DNA of 64,000 nt from assembly GCA_001179505.1 (NCBI GenBank), contig CDMY01000280.1, positions 62,001 to 126,000 of the forward strand, read 5' to 3'. The stretch's first letter is position 1. Each line of letters begins with the position of its first letter. Origin of the DNA: Vitrella brassicaformis CCMP3155 (taxonomy: Eukaryota; Protista; Chromerida). A program made the translations under genes and the position numbers. The notes beneath the pieces were generated by a model that did no database searches, was not told the DNA's origin, and saw nothing but the letters and a program-made list of their open reading frames with translations. Shown here one piece after another: positions 39,641-51,289 of this stretch.

Positions 39641-39796
39641 TCTTCTCTTCTGCAGTCGGTTTGTGCCTGTTGCTTTGTGCCTTGTTGCCACGATCCTATA
39701 AATAAGTGGGGGCGACTTGGGGGGCGAGACTGAGGGGCGACGGAGTCTCGGTCTTCCGCGGCCCCCTCGTGAAGGACACCAGGACACATCGCAACA

Positions 39797-40342
39797 ATGG
39801 CGCTACTTCGCCAGATATTGGGCTTTGCACTGGCAGCTGTTGTTCTCGCTGCTTTCCTCGCAGCTCAAACCGACGCGAACATGGTACGCATCTTTCCTCT
39901 GCCCAGGCGTTCTGCCATCCGCGAAGATACCTTGTTTGTATCATTGCAGATCAAAGACAAGCCCAATGTAGCCTATATGTCCTTCTTGGCAAGAGACATC
40001 ACCAGTAGGCCAGACAACAAATTGAAGCTCAATCGTTGGAGTGCTTCTGCGTGTGCTCGACAGAGAAGGCAGTCGGTCCATCGTCGGTCAACAAATCGTC
40101 GTCGATCCCTCACCCATCGTCGCCCGAGAGCACCACCCAAGGCCAGAGCACCAGGAGCCACGCCAAGACGGTGGCCGTTGAGGCTGATGGGAGACGTCGC
40201 GTCATCCATCCGATCGAGTGTGTGGATAGGCGGCAGTGTGCACGAGACAGAGACAGACATGGTCATGTGCACTTGGGAACGGACTCTACATTTCGTTCAA
40301 GGGCTTGGTTGTGTGTCGACCGATATCAGAACACAGTGTTAA
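39797..40342 (+). CDS. Small predicted secreted protein
   Basis: Signal-peptide-like MALLRQILGFALAAVVLAAFLAAQTDA, then a GT-AG intron (gtacgc..cattgcag) and a basic exon. 3' end uncertain. Confidence 0.35.
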   Translation: MALLRQILGFALAAVVLAAFLAAQTDANMVRIFPLPRRSAIREDTLFVSLQIKDKPNVAYMSFLARDITSRPDNKLKLNRWSASACARQRRQSVHRRSTNRRRSLTHRRPRAPPKARAPGATPRRWPLRLMGDVASSIRSSVWIGGSVHETETDMVMCTWERTLHFVQGLGCVSTDIRTQC

Positions 40343-40395
40343 CATGCCAACAAGCAGAATGTCCAACCATATTAACATCTCACAGCGACACGAAG

Positions 40396-42000
40396 TCATT
40401 CTAACCCCTCCCCCTCCACCGCCCCGCCATCATCGCCATCACTGTCCGATTCCTCATCATTTGACGGTGGTTCTTCCTCTTCTTCCCACACCTTGTGGCC
40501 CAGCTCAGCGCCGCACACACGCATCACGGCAGCACGTGTCTCTGTGTATGGGCGAAGCTCGGTCGTGAACACCAGGACAGCCATGACGTCCCGCCCTTCA
40601 CTGCTGCCGTCGGCAACCATCAGCTCTGCCACAATTTCCTTGTCCACCACCTCGTTTGTCAGCAGCAGACTCCGAAAATGCCCCGGGTTGTCAGGAAGGC
40701 CTCCAGTGGCGCAGTCGAACACTGGGCACCCCTCGACCGGCCCACTGAATGGGGCCGTCAGCAGCTGCTGGCATCGACGGAAACATGCCGAGTCGCGCTG
40801 AGCAGATGTCCACTGCCTGATGGAGTCATTCCGGATCTCCTCACAGGCGGCCAAGAGGCGCACACCCACCAGACATGTGAGAGAGCGATACACCTCGTCA
40901 TGCCCAGTGTAACGCGCTGGCGGGTTGTTGCGGTCGAATGCATCAGGTGGGAAGAGGGGCGAGGGATTGGGGAGGACGGTGAAGTGGTCGAAACGGTCCT
41001 CGCCGAAGTCCCTTAGCCGATCATCGCCCTCCATCAGCTGCCGGCCCTCAACCACGAGCTCCTTCCCGATGACGCTCAGCTGTCTCATGGCCTCTGGGGC
41101 GGCCAGGAATGCCTGTCGCCCTGCCCGCGTGCTGACATGCTCGAAGGTCGCCTCACCCAGCACCAGTGGCTCGTCGCAGATCAGCCGGAAGATCACCAGA
41201 TGCGGCCGCCATCTGACCCACTCGCCGCCATGCTCCAGCACAAACAGCCGCCTCAGCACACGGGGCAGCTCGTCAGACACACTCAGCCACGTTGTCCCGT
41301 CGCTGCGGATGCGCCGATGGCGGGGGCCCTCGATGGCCGCCACACGCAGCAGCTCAGCGCCGAGGCTCATGTGGCTGTCGATAGCCTTTGAGAGGCGGCT
41401 GGTGAAGTAGGCACCATCGATTGGGTGCTCTGTCGCGACAATGAAGTCGGTCTTGACCAGCCGGAGGGTCAGGGCGTCATCGATGTCCAGCAGGTCGGCA
41501 AGAAGGGGATGCAGGGAGAAGGGGAGGCTGGCGAAGCTGTGGCGAACCTGAATGACAAGCACCCGATGGAGAAGAGAAATGAAGAGGAGAAAGATGCAAA
41601 AGCTTCAGATCCCGAAGCGCGTACCGTCTGTGTGTCACCCATGTCAGGACGCAGGCGACTCCCAGTAGCGAAATACCGAAAGCCGCCACGCACCTGATCA
41701 TTCCAACACAGACACACCAGAGAAAGCCATCCCTGTCGACTGAGTGAGCAACCCGGTCTACAGCTGTCTGCTTTGCCAACCGCGTGTGGCTCGAGTTCCC
41801 TGAACCGTGCGATGCTGTTGGGCACCACCGCCTCGAAGAGCTCCCTGCCGCCCGCCTCCTTCATGGACACCCGTGTACCGCCTGGCGTGCTGGTTGTGGC
41901 ATACACCTCCGCCGCCACCCATCCCCGCCGCGGTGCGGCCGACGCCTGCAGCACGCGAGTGCCGGGCTTGTAGCGACAGGAAGGGATCACCTGCATGGAG
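40396..42000 (-). CDS. Lineage-specific hypothetical protein with acidic C-terminus
   Basis: Long terminal exon (VRHSFASLPFSLHPLLADLLDIDDALTLRL..EEEEEPPSNDEESDSDGDD) preceded by phase-0 exons ..ELFEAVVPNSIARFRELEPHA|VRGGFRYFATGSRLRPDMGDTQT. Start uncertain. Confidence 0.65.
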
Positions 42001-42225
42001 AAAACACACAAGAGGGAAGGGAATCGACGACACAACCGGTGGGTCAAAAGCGCTGTGTGTGTGGTTTCACCATGAGTGCAGGAGTCGGTATGGCACAGGA
42101 CGCTGCCAACATGAGCCACCAAGACGTATGGTGCGCTGTCTTGCCTCTTCTCTCCTTTCTCTGGCCTTCCTGCGATCCAAGCGCGCAGTCGTTCGTGGAG
42201 CAAAGAACGCAGAATAGGTGAAGCC

Positions 42226-42861
42226 ATGAGCGGTGACGGTGGTAGCGGCAAGGTGGGATCTGTAGTGGAAGTGGTGGATTCGGAGGCGATGGTCGAGGTA
42301 GACCTGGAGGAAGGCAGGGCGGTGGCCGACAGGGTCATCGAGGATGAGGCCACCCATGCTGCCACCAAAGAGGAGGAGATGGAGGTATAACCGGACGGAC
42401 GGGGGGGCGAAGGGACAGACTGCACTCGATGGATCTCTGCCCTGCTGATGTGCGCTGCGTCTGTGTGTGTGCAGCCTTCGCACGAGATAGGTCGTGGTCC
42501 GAGTTACTACCGCAAGGACGACGTGCCCCTCACGTGCGTCGTTGCCAGCTTCTGGCTCAGCTTCATCTTCCCCATCGCTGGTCAGACACACACACACACA
42601 CACACGCGCACACACGCACACACGCACACAAAGGGCTTCGAATGCAGCAACGCATCATCCGTGTGTGTGTCTGTGCGTGCAGGTTGCATAGGATTCTGCC
42701 ACAACGTGACGGCGCCCGAGACGAGCGCCCGCAAGATGTGGGCGCGACGGGCGGTGCTGATCGGGTCCATCCTGTCGTTTGTGTACCTGCTCGTCATCGC
42801 CTCTGCCATCGGCTCCTCGCAGCATGAGAACCACGTTGACAACTTCGTCAATGCGGAATAG
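42226..42861 (+). CDS. Small two-TM membrane protein with acidic N-terminus (3 exons)
   Basis: MSGDGGSGKVGSVVEVVDSE..KEEEME|PSHEIG..VPLTCVVASFWLSFIFPIAG|CIGFCHNVTAPETSARKMWARRAVLIGSILSFVYLLVIASAIG..AE*; canonical GT-AG introns. Confidence 0.75.
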
Positions 42862-44172
42862 CTGGGGCGTGCATGAGATGAGGCTGGTGCAACGGAGTGG
42901 GCCACTTTCTCGTGAGGGGGTGGATGCGATGCCTGGCGATTGGTCGTTTTTGATGTCAGTCGGGCTCCCTGTGGACACGTGTGTGTGTGGTTTTATCCAT
43001 CTGCGTGTGTGTAGTGGATGTGTCCGTGTGTTCTGTGGCCATCTTTTTGCCTGGCGCACTGAGCGAAGATGATGCGTCTCTCTCTCTCTCTCTCTGGTAT
43101 GTCCTCCTGCGTGTGCTGTGGTGTCTGCATTGCCGACTGGTCCTGGAGGTGGTGAGGCGAGTGCTGCTCAGATGATCGTCTTGACCAGCACTTGCCTGGC
43201 CACCGGAGCATCATGTCGGCAGCAGCACGCACACACACACACACGCGTGAAGAGAGACGAGACGCAGCGGGCAGTGATGCCAGCCGGTGTGTGTGTGGTT
43301 TGGGTCACTTTTGGATGATGTCACTGTGTATCACCCTGCCCACGTCTCAGTAGCGTGATCGATGCATTCGTTGTGTCTTCTCCTCACTGTCGACGTCGAT
43401 ACCCAGTGCATGAGAATACACTGGCGGTCGCCGTCGGCGGTGGGGCGGGACAACGGATGCATCGATCGGCGCATGGGATGCAGGGAAGCTAGCTAGCCTG
43501 TTTTCTTGCCCTTGGTTCTTGTGTGCCTTGGTCTGGATGCGCGTCACTGCTGTCTACCGTCGTGGTCAAGTGCTGCACGAAGACTGATCGGATAAACGTC
43601 TCGATCAGAAACCGTGTGCTGCTTGGTCTGAACGTCTGACTGCGGTGCTGCGCAGAAATCATCCATGCCCTTGGAATTGACAGACAGCGAGGCCACACGC
43701 CGCTCCCTCTCTCTCTCTCTCTGCAGACTTGTCGGTGCGTGGTGTCTGTCCGTGACGCTGTCCCTCCCCCGCCGATCGAGCAAGGTTTTTGATGCTCGGT
43801 GGTGAGGACAGGGCTGCTTGAATACCTACCTGCATGGTGTGTCCGCCTGACCTGTGGTGTGCACGATGGACGGCATGGCATGACGACTCGATCGTGAGAC
43901 GATGGATGGATGGCTTTATAAGCGAGGTCGTCTGCCTGTGATGGTATTTATTTGACCGAGGAAATAGAGACGAGTCACTCACACATGCCGCATACACCTG
44001 CTAGACATCAGTCAGCCAACCACACAGTCAATGTACAGGTCCCCGAGCCTCCCTTGAACAAAAGAAAGCACCGGGAACGACACACATGGCCATTCTACCA
44101 TCATGCAGGCCTATCTTATCTACAAACGCTGACAAATGACACTGGCATCGGCACTCCGCCCCTGGTACACAA

Positions 44173-45450
44173 TCACGTGACCAGCTTGATCAATGTGAAG
44201 AGCTGAAACTCCACCATGGATGGCACGGCGTATGTGGGCATCAGCACCATGGGGTAGCTCAGCACCTCTCGTGTGTCGGGCTTCCGCCCGCCAGTATACC
44301 CAAACCCCCACAAAGACGGCAGATAGTAATACAGGAACTGAACAAACAACACACACGGATGCCGCAACACGCTTGTGTCTGTGTGTCTCGTAGAAATGTG
44401 TTGATCGCTGCTTACGATGACGGCGAGTGGTGCCACCGAGATGCCCACAGCGCAGAGGAAAATGAGGAACGAAGTGTTGACCGCCACGCCGGCCGTCAGG
44501 CAGATGCCCGTGACCAACACGGGCACCGCATGGAGGAAGTCGACAGTCGCCGGCATTGCGGCCCACCACAGCGGCAGCTTGCCCCGGAAATACTGCACAC
44601 ACATGAAACGAAGTCAGGAAGGAATTTGCCATTGGTCGGCTGGTGGCTTCTGCTTCGCAGCCGGCAGACCTTGATTAGTGTCCCGACAGCCAACACACGA
44701 ACGTACTGGAGCGTGAACAGCCACCACAGGGGAGTTGCATCAAGCAGATCCTGCAAGGAAGGCAATTCACAAGAAACAAACAGATGACACGCTGCAATCA
44801 TGGGTCTCTTCCTCGTATGCCCACCGCAGTGGCGGTCCTGAAATCCCCCGGCACAGCCGCCGCAATGATCGTGGCGACGAGCGGCAGTATGCCCACCGCC
44901 ATCGTGAGCTGCCGTGTGGTCCGCAGGAAGAAGCCCTGGTACCCAAGAGCGCCGACCACCACACCGAAGACCAGGCGGACGGCGAACCATGTCCAGAGGG
45001 AATACTCCTGGGCGGCAGAGTACCAGCCGATAGTGAACGCCAGCCAGATGAACTGCCAGAGAAAGATCAGTGGCGTGACGACGCTGTTGCCGCGGTCATG
45101 CCGGGGCTGTTCCTCCCACTCACGGGAATCGAGCTTCTGAGATTCCACATCGCCTGCCAACCGCACACACACACACGCACACACAGGCATGGTAAGGAAA
45201 GAATGACTCCTATTGTGAAGCTGCAGAGCGTACTGCATGATGTGCATTCCTGACCTTGAACAGGGACGGTGCCGTACTGCTGTGCTGCCATTTACGCTTT
45301 GCGAACACGTAGATATCGTCAAGAGGCTGTAAGTGAATCGACGGCGGACAGATCTGTTAGATCCGAGCACAGATAAAGCAGCACAACCATGAACACGACA
45401 AGCATAAAGCTCCTTTCCCTAAACATGAACACGAATCTTGCGAGCTCCAT
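44173..45450 (-). CDS. Integral membrane protein resembling an uncharacterised bacterial membrane family
   Basis: Exons ..LIFLWQFIWLAFTIGW..|DLLDATPLWWLFTLQYVRVLAVGTLIK|YFRGKLPLWWAAMPATVDFLHAVPVLV..|..VLSYPMVLMPTYAVPSMVEFQLFTLIKLVT*. 5' end approximate. Confidence 0.65.
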
Positions 45451-45747
45451 GGTCTCATTTGCGAGCTCGACTTTCTGCGTGGGAGTTTTAGTCAGCGCGA
45501 AGGTCCCGTCAGCAGCAGAGGCCACCAGAGAAGTCACAACACCTTCCTCACCCTCTTACTTCCAGCCTTGCTTCCAGCCGTAGTTTTTGAGAGCCCCATT
45601 GCTGCGTAGCCCATTGCTGGGGCTGTGCTGAAGACGGCCCTGTAGCCCCATCGCCGCATTTTTAGCAGTCATTTTTTTGCGACATATATATTCTTCTTTG
45701 CTCTTCCGCCCCCCCACCCCGTCATTTCAAGAGCCCCGCCTGCAGCT

Positions 45748-46335
45748 ATGAGTGACTCAGAGCGCAGTGTCCATGAGCCGCCGCCGCGGATGTCGAGGAT
45801 CACATCCAACGTGTCCTTCCTGGTGGAGCAAGAGGAGAAATCGGAACCTATCGACCGACCGCCTTTGTTCCGGCTGCCCACTCATCGGTTCCGCCAGGGC
45901 TCGACTGTAGTCTCGTCCACCGCATCGACCCTGCAGCACGCCTCTCTCGAGCGCCGCTTCATCCTCGCCTACCTGCACCGCTACTGGATCGTCTACATCC
46001 TTTTGCTGTGGCTGGCGGGGTGGGTGGAGGTGGCCCTGCAGAAGGAACTCATCCAGTGGACCAAATACGGGATTGAGCTGTTGGCGTCGGGGGTCTTGAC
46101 GGCGGTGCTTCTGCTCTTCCTGGGGACGAATGTCGGGCTCAGTCACCGGGAGAAGGCGGGTTACCAGGTGGGCATTCGTGTGCTGTATGCGTGTATTATC
46201 GCCGTGCACCTCATAAGTCGGCTCGCGCGGCGTCGGGAGAGGGCTGGAGCCCAGCACTCGCTGTGGATCTACATCGCCATTGTGGCCAGCAGGTGAGGAA
46301 CAGACAGAGACACGGAAAGAAACAAAGAAAGAGAC

Positions 46336-46366
<31 letters not shown>

Positions 46367-49300
46367 TGCATCCGTGTCTCGCTTTCTCTTGTTTGGTGCA
46401 GGTTGCCTGCTACGTATGGCCTTATGGTTGGTTTGTCGTCCGTCGCGGTTGTGTCGATCCTCATGGCCTTCGACTCGCCCCCCAGCATCGTGCAACTGGT
46501 CTTCACCATGGCCTTCCAGCTGCTGGCTGTGGTCCGAACGCACAGAAAGTCAGACAATACAAGATAAAGGGACGCAATTTCCTTGTCTGTGTGGCTGGCG
46601 GGCTGGCTGTGTAGGTGGGTATGGGTGTTGCTGGAGCAAGGAAGACCGACAAGTGAGTCAATGAGTGCCGAGCACGCACAGCGGGCATGCACTGCATTTG
46701 TTGACTACTGTTGCTTGCAGGACTCTTCAGGAGCTGTAAGCGCGTCTTTTGATATATCCATCGTCCACTTTTCCACACCTACACACACACATACAGTCCC
46801 CTCCCTGTTCTCTCTGTTCGCTGGTCAGGTATGACGTGTTTTGCAAGATCCGCCTGCATGCATGCGACAGCAAAGACAACCTGGCGACCCGCATCTTCAT
46901 CGGAGAGCAGTGGACGCCCGGCAAGACATTCAGGCAAGCATACCATGGGTGGATGCTTGGATGGATGGATGGCTGGATGGATGGCTGTATGCCTTCCTTC
47001 ATTCAATCTGTCAGAGGAGTGATCCATCCGGTGTATTTGCGGTTCAAGAAGGAGGACGCCGCGCAGTACTACGAGACCATGCGGATGCTGTCGGCCATGG
47101 GCTATTACAAATCCTCACTCAGGTATCTCGTCGCAAGCGTCACATTGTGGACATTGAGTCAGCTGGCGACTGCCTGGATTCTCTATGGCGAATGGAATCT
47201 CGCCATGGACCCTCTGACTCGGGACTCTGCTCTGGTAAGCGAGTGAAGTTCACTCAGTGAACATTCTTACGGAGACACAGTCTCAGTCTCTCTCTCTCTC
47301 TCTGTCTCTTTGTCTCTCTGTGTGCCTCTGCGTTTGCTAGGACATGATTATTTTTGTGTTGTTTTGCTGGGTGACGGGCGTTCTGAGCTATACATTCATA
47401 TCGGCGAGGAACATCGAGCGGCTCGGTCTGCTGGTGGCCCTGCAGCGGCTGGCGTCCTCTTTCTGGCGGACGTATCGGTTTGCTTCGCACGCCAACCCAT
47501 CGCTGTGCTTCGAGATGACGGTGTTGAATGTGATTGGGATCCACACTCTGCTGAAGGTGAGGTTCGACTACGTCATCGCCATCGACTTGGCTGTGCTGAT
47601 CGGATCGAACGTGATGCTCTGGGCGGGGGGCAGCTTCAAGTGAGTGGCAGGGCAGGGCAGGGCAGGGCAGAGCAGAGAACCACATGCGCGCGCACAGACA
47701 CAAAATACAATCTCTCGTCGTGACGTCGGCGTGTAGGCATGTTGTGGAGATGAATTACACATCAGGGCTGTGCGTGCTGCTGTGTATGTACAATGCACAC
47801 CAGGTGACTGACTGACAATACGGAACATGGATCATGGGAAACAACGCAACGCGTTGCCTTTGTGTGCGCAGTGCGAGTACAACAAGCGGCTATTTTTCAC
47901 CGTCGTCAGCTTCCCTGGCCTCACCCGGGCCCACATGATGGTCAGCCAAAATCCGGATCAGCGCGGATGAGCGCACCCATTTCATACTGTTTGTTGCTGT
48001 GCTGTCCACAGGCCAAGACTCGCAGCCGCGGCAGTTCTTCTCCTGGAGTGCCCGTCATCTGCAGACCACGCCGACGGAGAACTGGGGCGGCAACGAGGAG
48101 CTGCACCATCCGCTCTTTACCATGAACAACATGCCGCACACCAAGCAACTGCTCCAGGACGGCAGCTCACGCAAGACAGTGGCACTCATCCGCATGGCCA
48201 CCAGAAGAGTCGCCAGCGTCGCCAAATCATACGCGCGAGCAAGTACATATGCCAAGTGAATAACGATTACCCGCCTCCCTGTCTCCACGTGGATGTATGC
48301 GTACGTTTCTGCGTGTGCAGACTCCCTTCTCTCGTTCACCAGCGGTCTCGAGTCAGAGACGCGGTCTGAAACAGAGAAGGACAACATCAAGACGGCCATC
48401 GCGAGGGACGGAGGGGATGCTAGCGGCCGTGGGAAATTGCGCAAGCTGAGGTCGGCACCGCTGGAGGGCGTAGGCGCACTTCACCAGTGTTCGGCCGGCA
48501 CAGATGCCGCCGAGAATGCTGGTGTGGACGAGGGTGCTAAGGGAGATGAGCGCGACTGCGCGTCGGACACGGAAGTGGTCGTATTCAGCAGATGGTCAGT
48601 CAGGCAGCAAATACAACACAAAGACGAATACATCATGAGCGGCTGATTGGACCATCAATCAGGCGGTCTCGTCTGCTGTCTTTGGGCGTCTTACCGAGTA
48701 TGGTGGAGGACCTCTTGTCGCCTCTGGAAAACGTGCTCAACACCTACTTTCAGCAGTACCTACAGGATAGCCCCTGGCTGCCGCGCGAAAGGCGACGGAT
48801 GTCCGACACGACAACGGCTTTCCCCCCACCGTCGCCCGCAAGGGAGAGCAGCGAGGCCACCTCATGCAGCCCGCAGTGGAGAGCCGACCCGGTGTATGGC
48901 CGGGCAGCTCCCATCAGCCCCGGTAGATGCGCTGCAGAAATGGCCCTCATTTCTTCACAATAATTAGATCATCTCTCTGTTGTGCAGGGTGCATGAGCAT
49001 CGACGCGATGGAGACGGGGTCCATTCTGTCGGTGAGTGAGAAATTAACATGAAAAACTTTGATTCCAGGGCGTGGATGGGATATGGCACGTCACGCGTTC
49101 CCGTCAGGCGAATCCTCGCACAAGTCTGGAGTCGATATCAAACCAGGTGAGTCATCAACACAACAAGATCCCAATTTCCTCCTATACCGCATTTTGTCCC
49201 GTCTGTGTAAAGACTGCGATGATCCGCAACTTCCTCAGCTCCATCATCGGCGGCACACCGTCTTTCAGACCAGCGTAAGCCCAGCACAATTACATACCAA

Positions 49301-50065
49301 AGAGGAGAGACAAATGCTTCTGGCCTGTGTCTGTCTTCTTCCCCTGTTCAGACGTGTCAATTCTTTGAAGAGACCGTCACTTGTTCAGACAGGCATAAGT
49401 GCCCAGGCGCATGGCAGGGAACCCGTCGCGAAGAGGCCGCCAGAAAGCCCACCAAACAACTCACCGTGAGGACTGCACAGACAGAGATACTTAGATGAAG
49501 CCTCACAGTGGCATGCTGGTACGATAGGGTCTCTGCAACGAGCTCACAAATGCGGCAGACCGTCAAGCTCCGGCGCAACTCATCAATGGACGTGCGAGGC
49601 ATCGGAGGGGCGCACTGCAACGCCCTCAACCCCATGAGCCCCCGATCCGCCCACCGACACTCTTCCCGACGGATGCCTGACAGGCTCCTTACGTTGCCTT
49701 CTCTCAAGACCATCGACGAGAGCCCCGTGCTCTTTCTGGCCAGGAGGGCGAAGAAGCGCGAGAGGGACTCTGTGTGCGTTGATTCGATCGGGGATGAGAG
49801 CACGCAGAACGGGGAAAGGGAGAGAGACATGGTCATCCGACCACCGCCCGAGACATGTGTGCCGCCGTTCTTTCTGCCGAGCGCCTGCGGGCCGCCTCAG
49901 TGTCAGAGACAGAATGAGAATGGGAATGGGGATTTGCAGGGGGTGGGGGAGGGCGGGGATGATGTGCTGCATGAGCAGCTGTTTTGTGGCGACCACATGG
50001 TGCTTGAGAGTTTCTCTCACTCGGGCAGCTCCCTGACCGCAGACGACAAGAAAGAGAGCGATTGA
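45748..50065 (+). CDS. Multi-pass membrane protein with two nucleotidyl-cyclase-like TM cassettes and no intact catalytic domain (pseudo-cyclase-like)
   Basis: Two hydrophobic blocks, preceded by QHASLERRF and YLRFKKEDAAQYYE and followed by LEQGRPTRLF and CEYNKRLFF. Later RSRLLSLGVLPSMVEDLL resembles the pre-catalytic helix of class III cyclases. Long disordered tail ending at 50065. Some internal junctions are unresolved. Confidence 0.5.
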
Positions 50066-50906
50066 CCTTATAGATCTGATCTGGTGTTGATGCGTTCAGT
50101 GGAGAATGAGGTGTGAGGGCTGAGCGCCTTTTTGCAGTCCGTATGGCGGGTTGTAGACATCACATGTATGCCGAGCTCGTATCATCTCCCTGTCTGTGTC
50201 TGTGTGTGTGTGTCTGTGTCTGTGTGTGTGTTCGTGTGTCTTTTTCGTCTGTCCATCCATCTGTTTGGTAGTCATTAGGGCGGCTCGCCGCTGGCGGCCG
50301 GTAGCTCAGCCACGCGCGGCTTTACATGTTATCCATTCATCTGAGCGCACACGTCAGTGGGTGTCTTTATCTGTCACGGCTGCTGCTGTGCTGCATGGGT
50401 CGGTCGTGGCTGCCTGTCTGTCTGCCCCTGGTGAGTGACAAATAAATAAGCCAAAAACAATCGTGGGATCGATCCGGAAGGCAATGAAATCATCAACCAG
50501 CCGACCAAGAGGCCACCCACACACAACAGCCCACGCACGTACCTTACGCTTAGCCTACACGTACATTCTGTGCAGCAGTAGACCACCGCCCCCACCAGTA
50601 AGTCAGTCAGCAGAGGCCGCCAGCGACAAAAGATGACACACCGGTCAAATCAGTGGCCATCCATCCATCCATCCCCCCAGGCAGCCAGCTGACAGGGGAC
50701 TGACTGGCTTACAGACAGACACAATGACTCCCGCCCTCCACGTCCCCTCCCTGTAATGTTACCGACGACCGTTGACAGCCACACTCACTCACTCATGTGA
50801 GTGGGAGGCACACAGACAGACAGATTTATACGCACACCACAATTATTATGGGGTTTGTATGTGTGATCGGTGAATGGATGGACGGCTATAGGGGTGGGCG
50901 AGAGGG

Positions 50907-51255
50907 TCAAAAGGCGTCCGAAATGAGTACACACCTGTCGGTGGGCTTGAGTGGCGTCTTGGAGGCTTTGGGGGGGTTCAGCTGCAGCGGCTCGCCGTCA
51001 CGCCACACGCCAATCACACTGTCACCCTCGGCACGCGCAAGCTCGTTCAACTGACACACACACACGCACACACACACACAGGCAGGCAGAAAGAGACACT
51101 GTGGTTGCATGTGTGTGTGTGGGTGAGTGTGAAGGCACATTGGTTACTTGTGCGACTGTGATGGTCTGTTTGGGTGCGACTTTGTATTTGCTGTTGATGA
51201 CCGGCACACAGATCTCCTTGCCGGACGGCTGCAGCAACTCCTGCGCAACCGCACA

Positions 51256-51289
<34 letters not shown>

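Noticed and set aside
42225-42228. Palindromic CATG giving overlapping start codons on both strands
   Set aside because: The phase of the downstream minus-strand exons does not support this start; likely coincidence.
42900-44100. Short ORFs between the small TM gene and the bacterial-like gene
   Set aside because: No coherent exon chain or recognisable motif; treated as UTR/intergenic.
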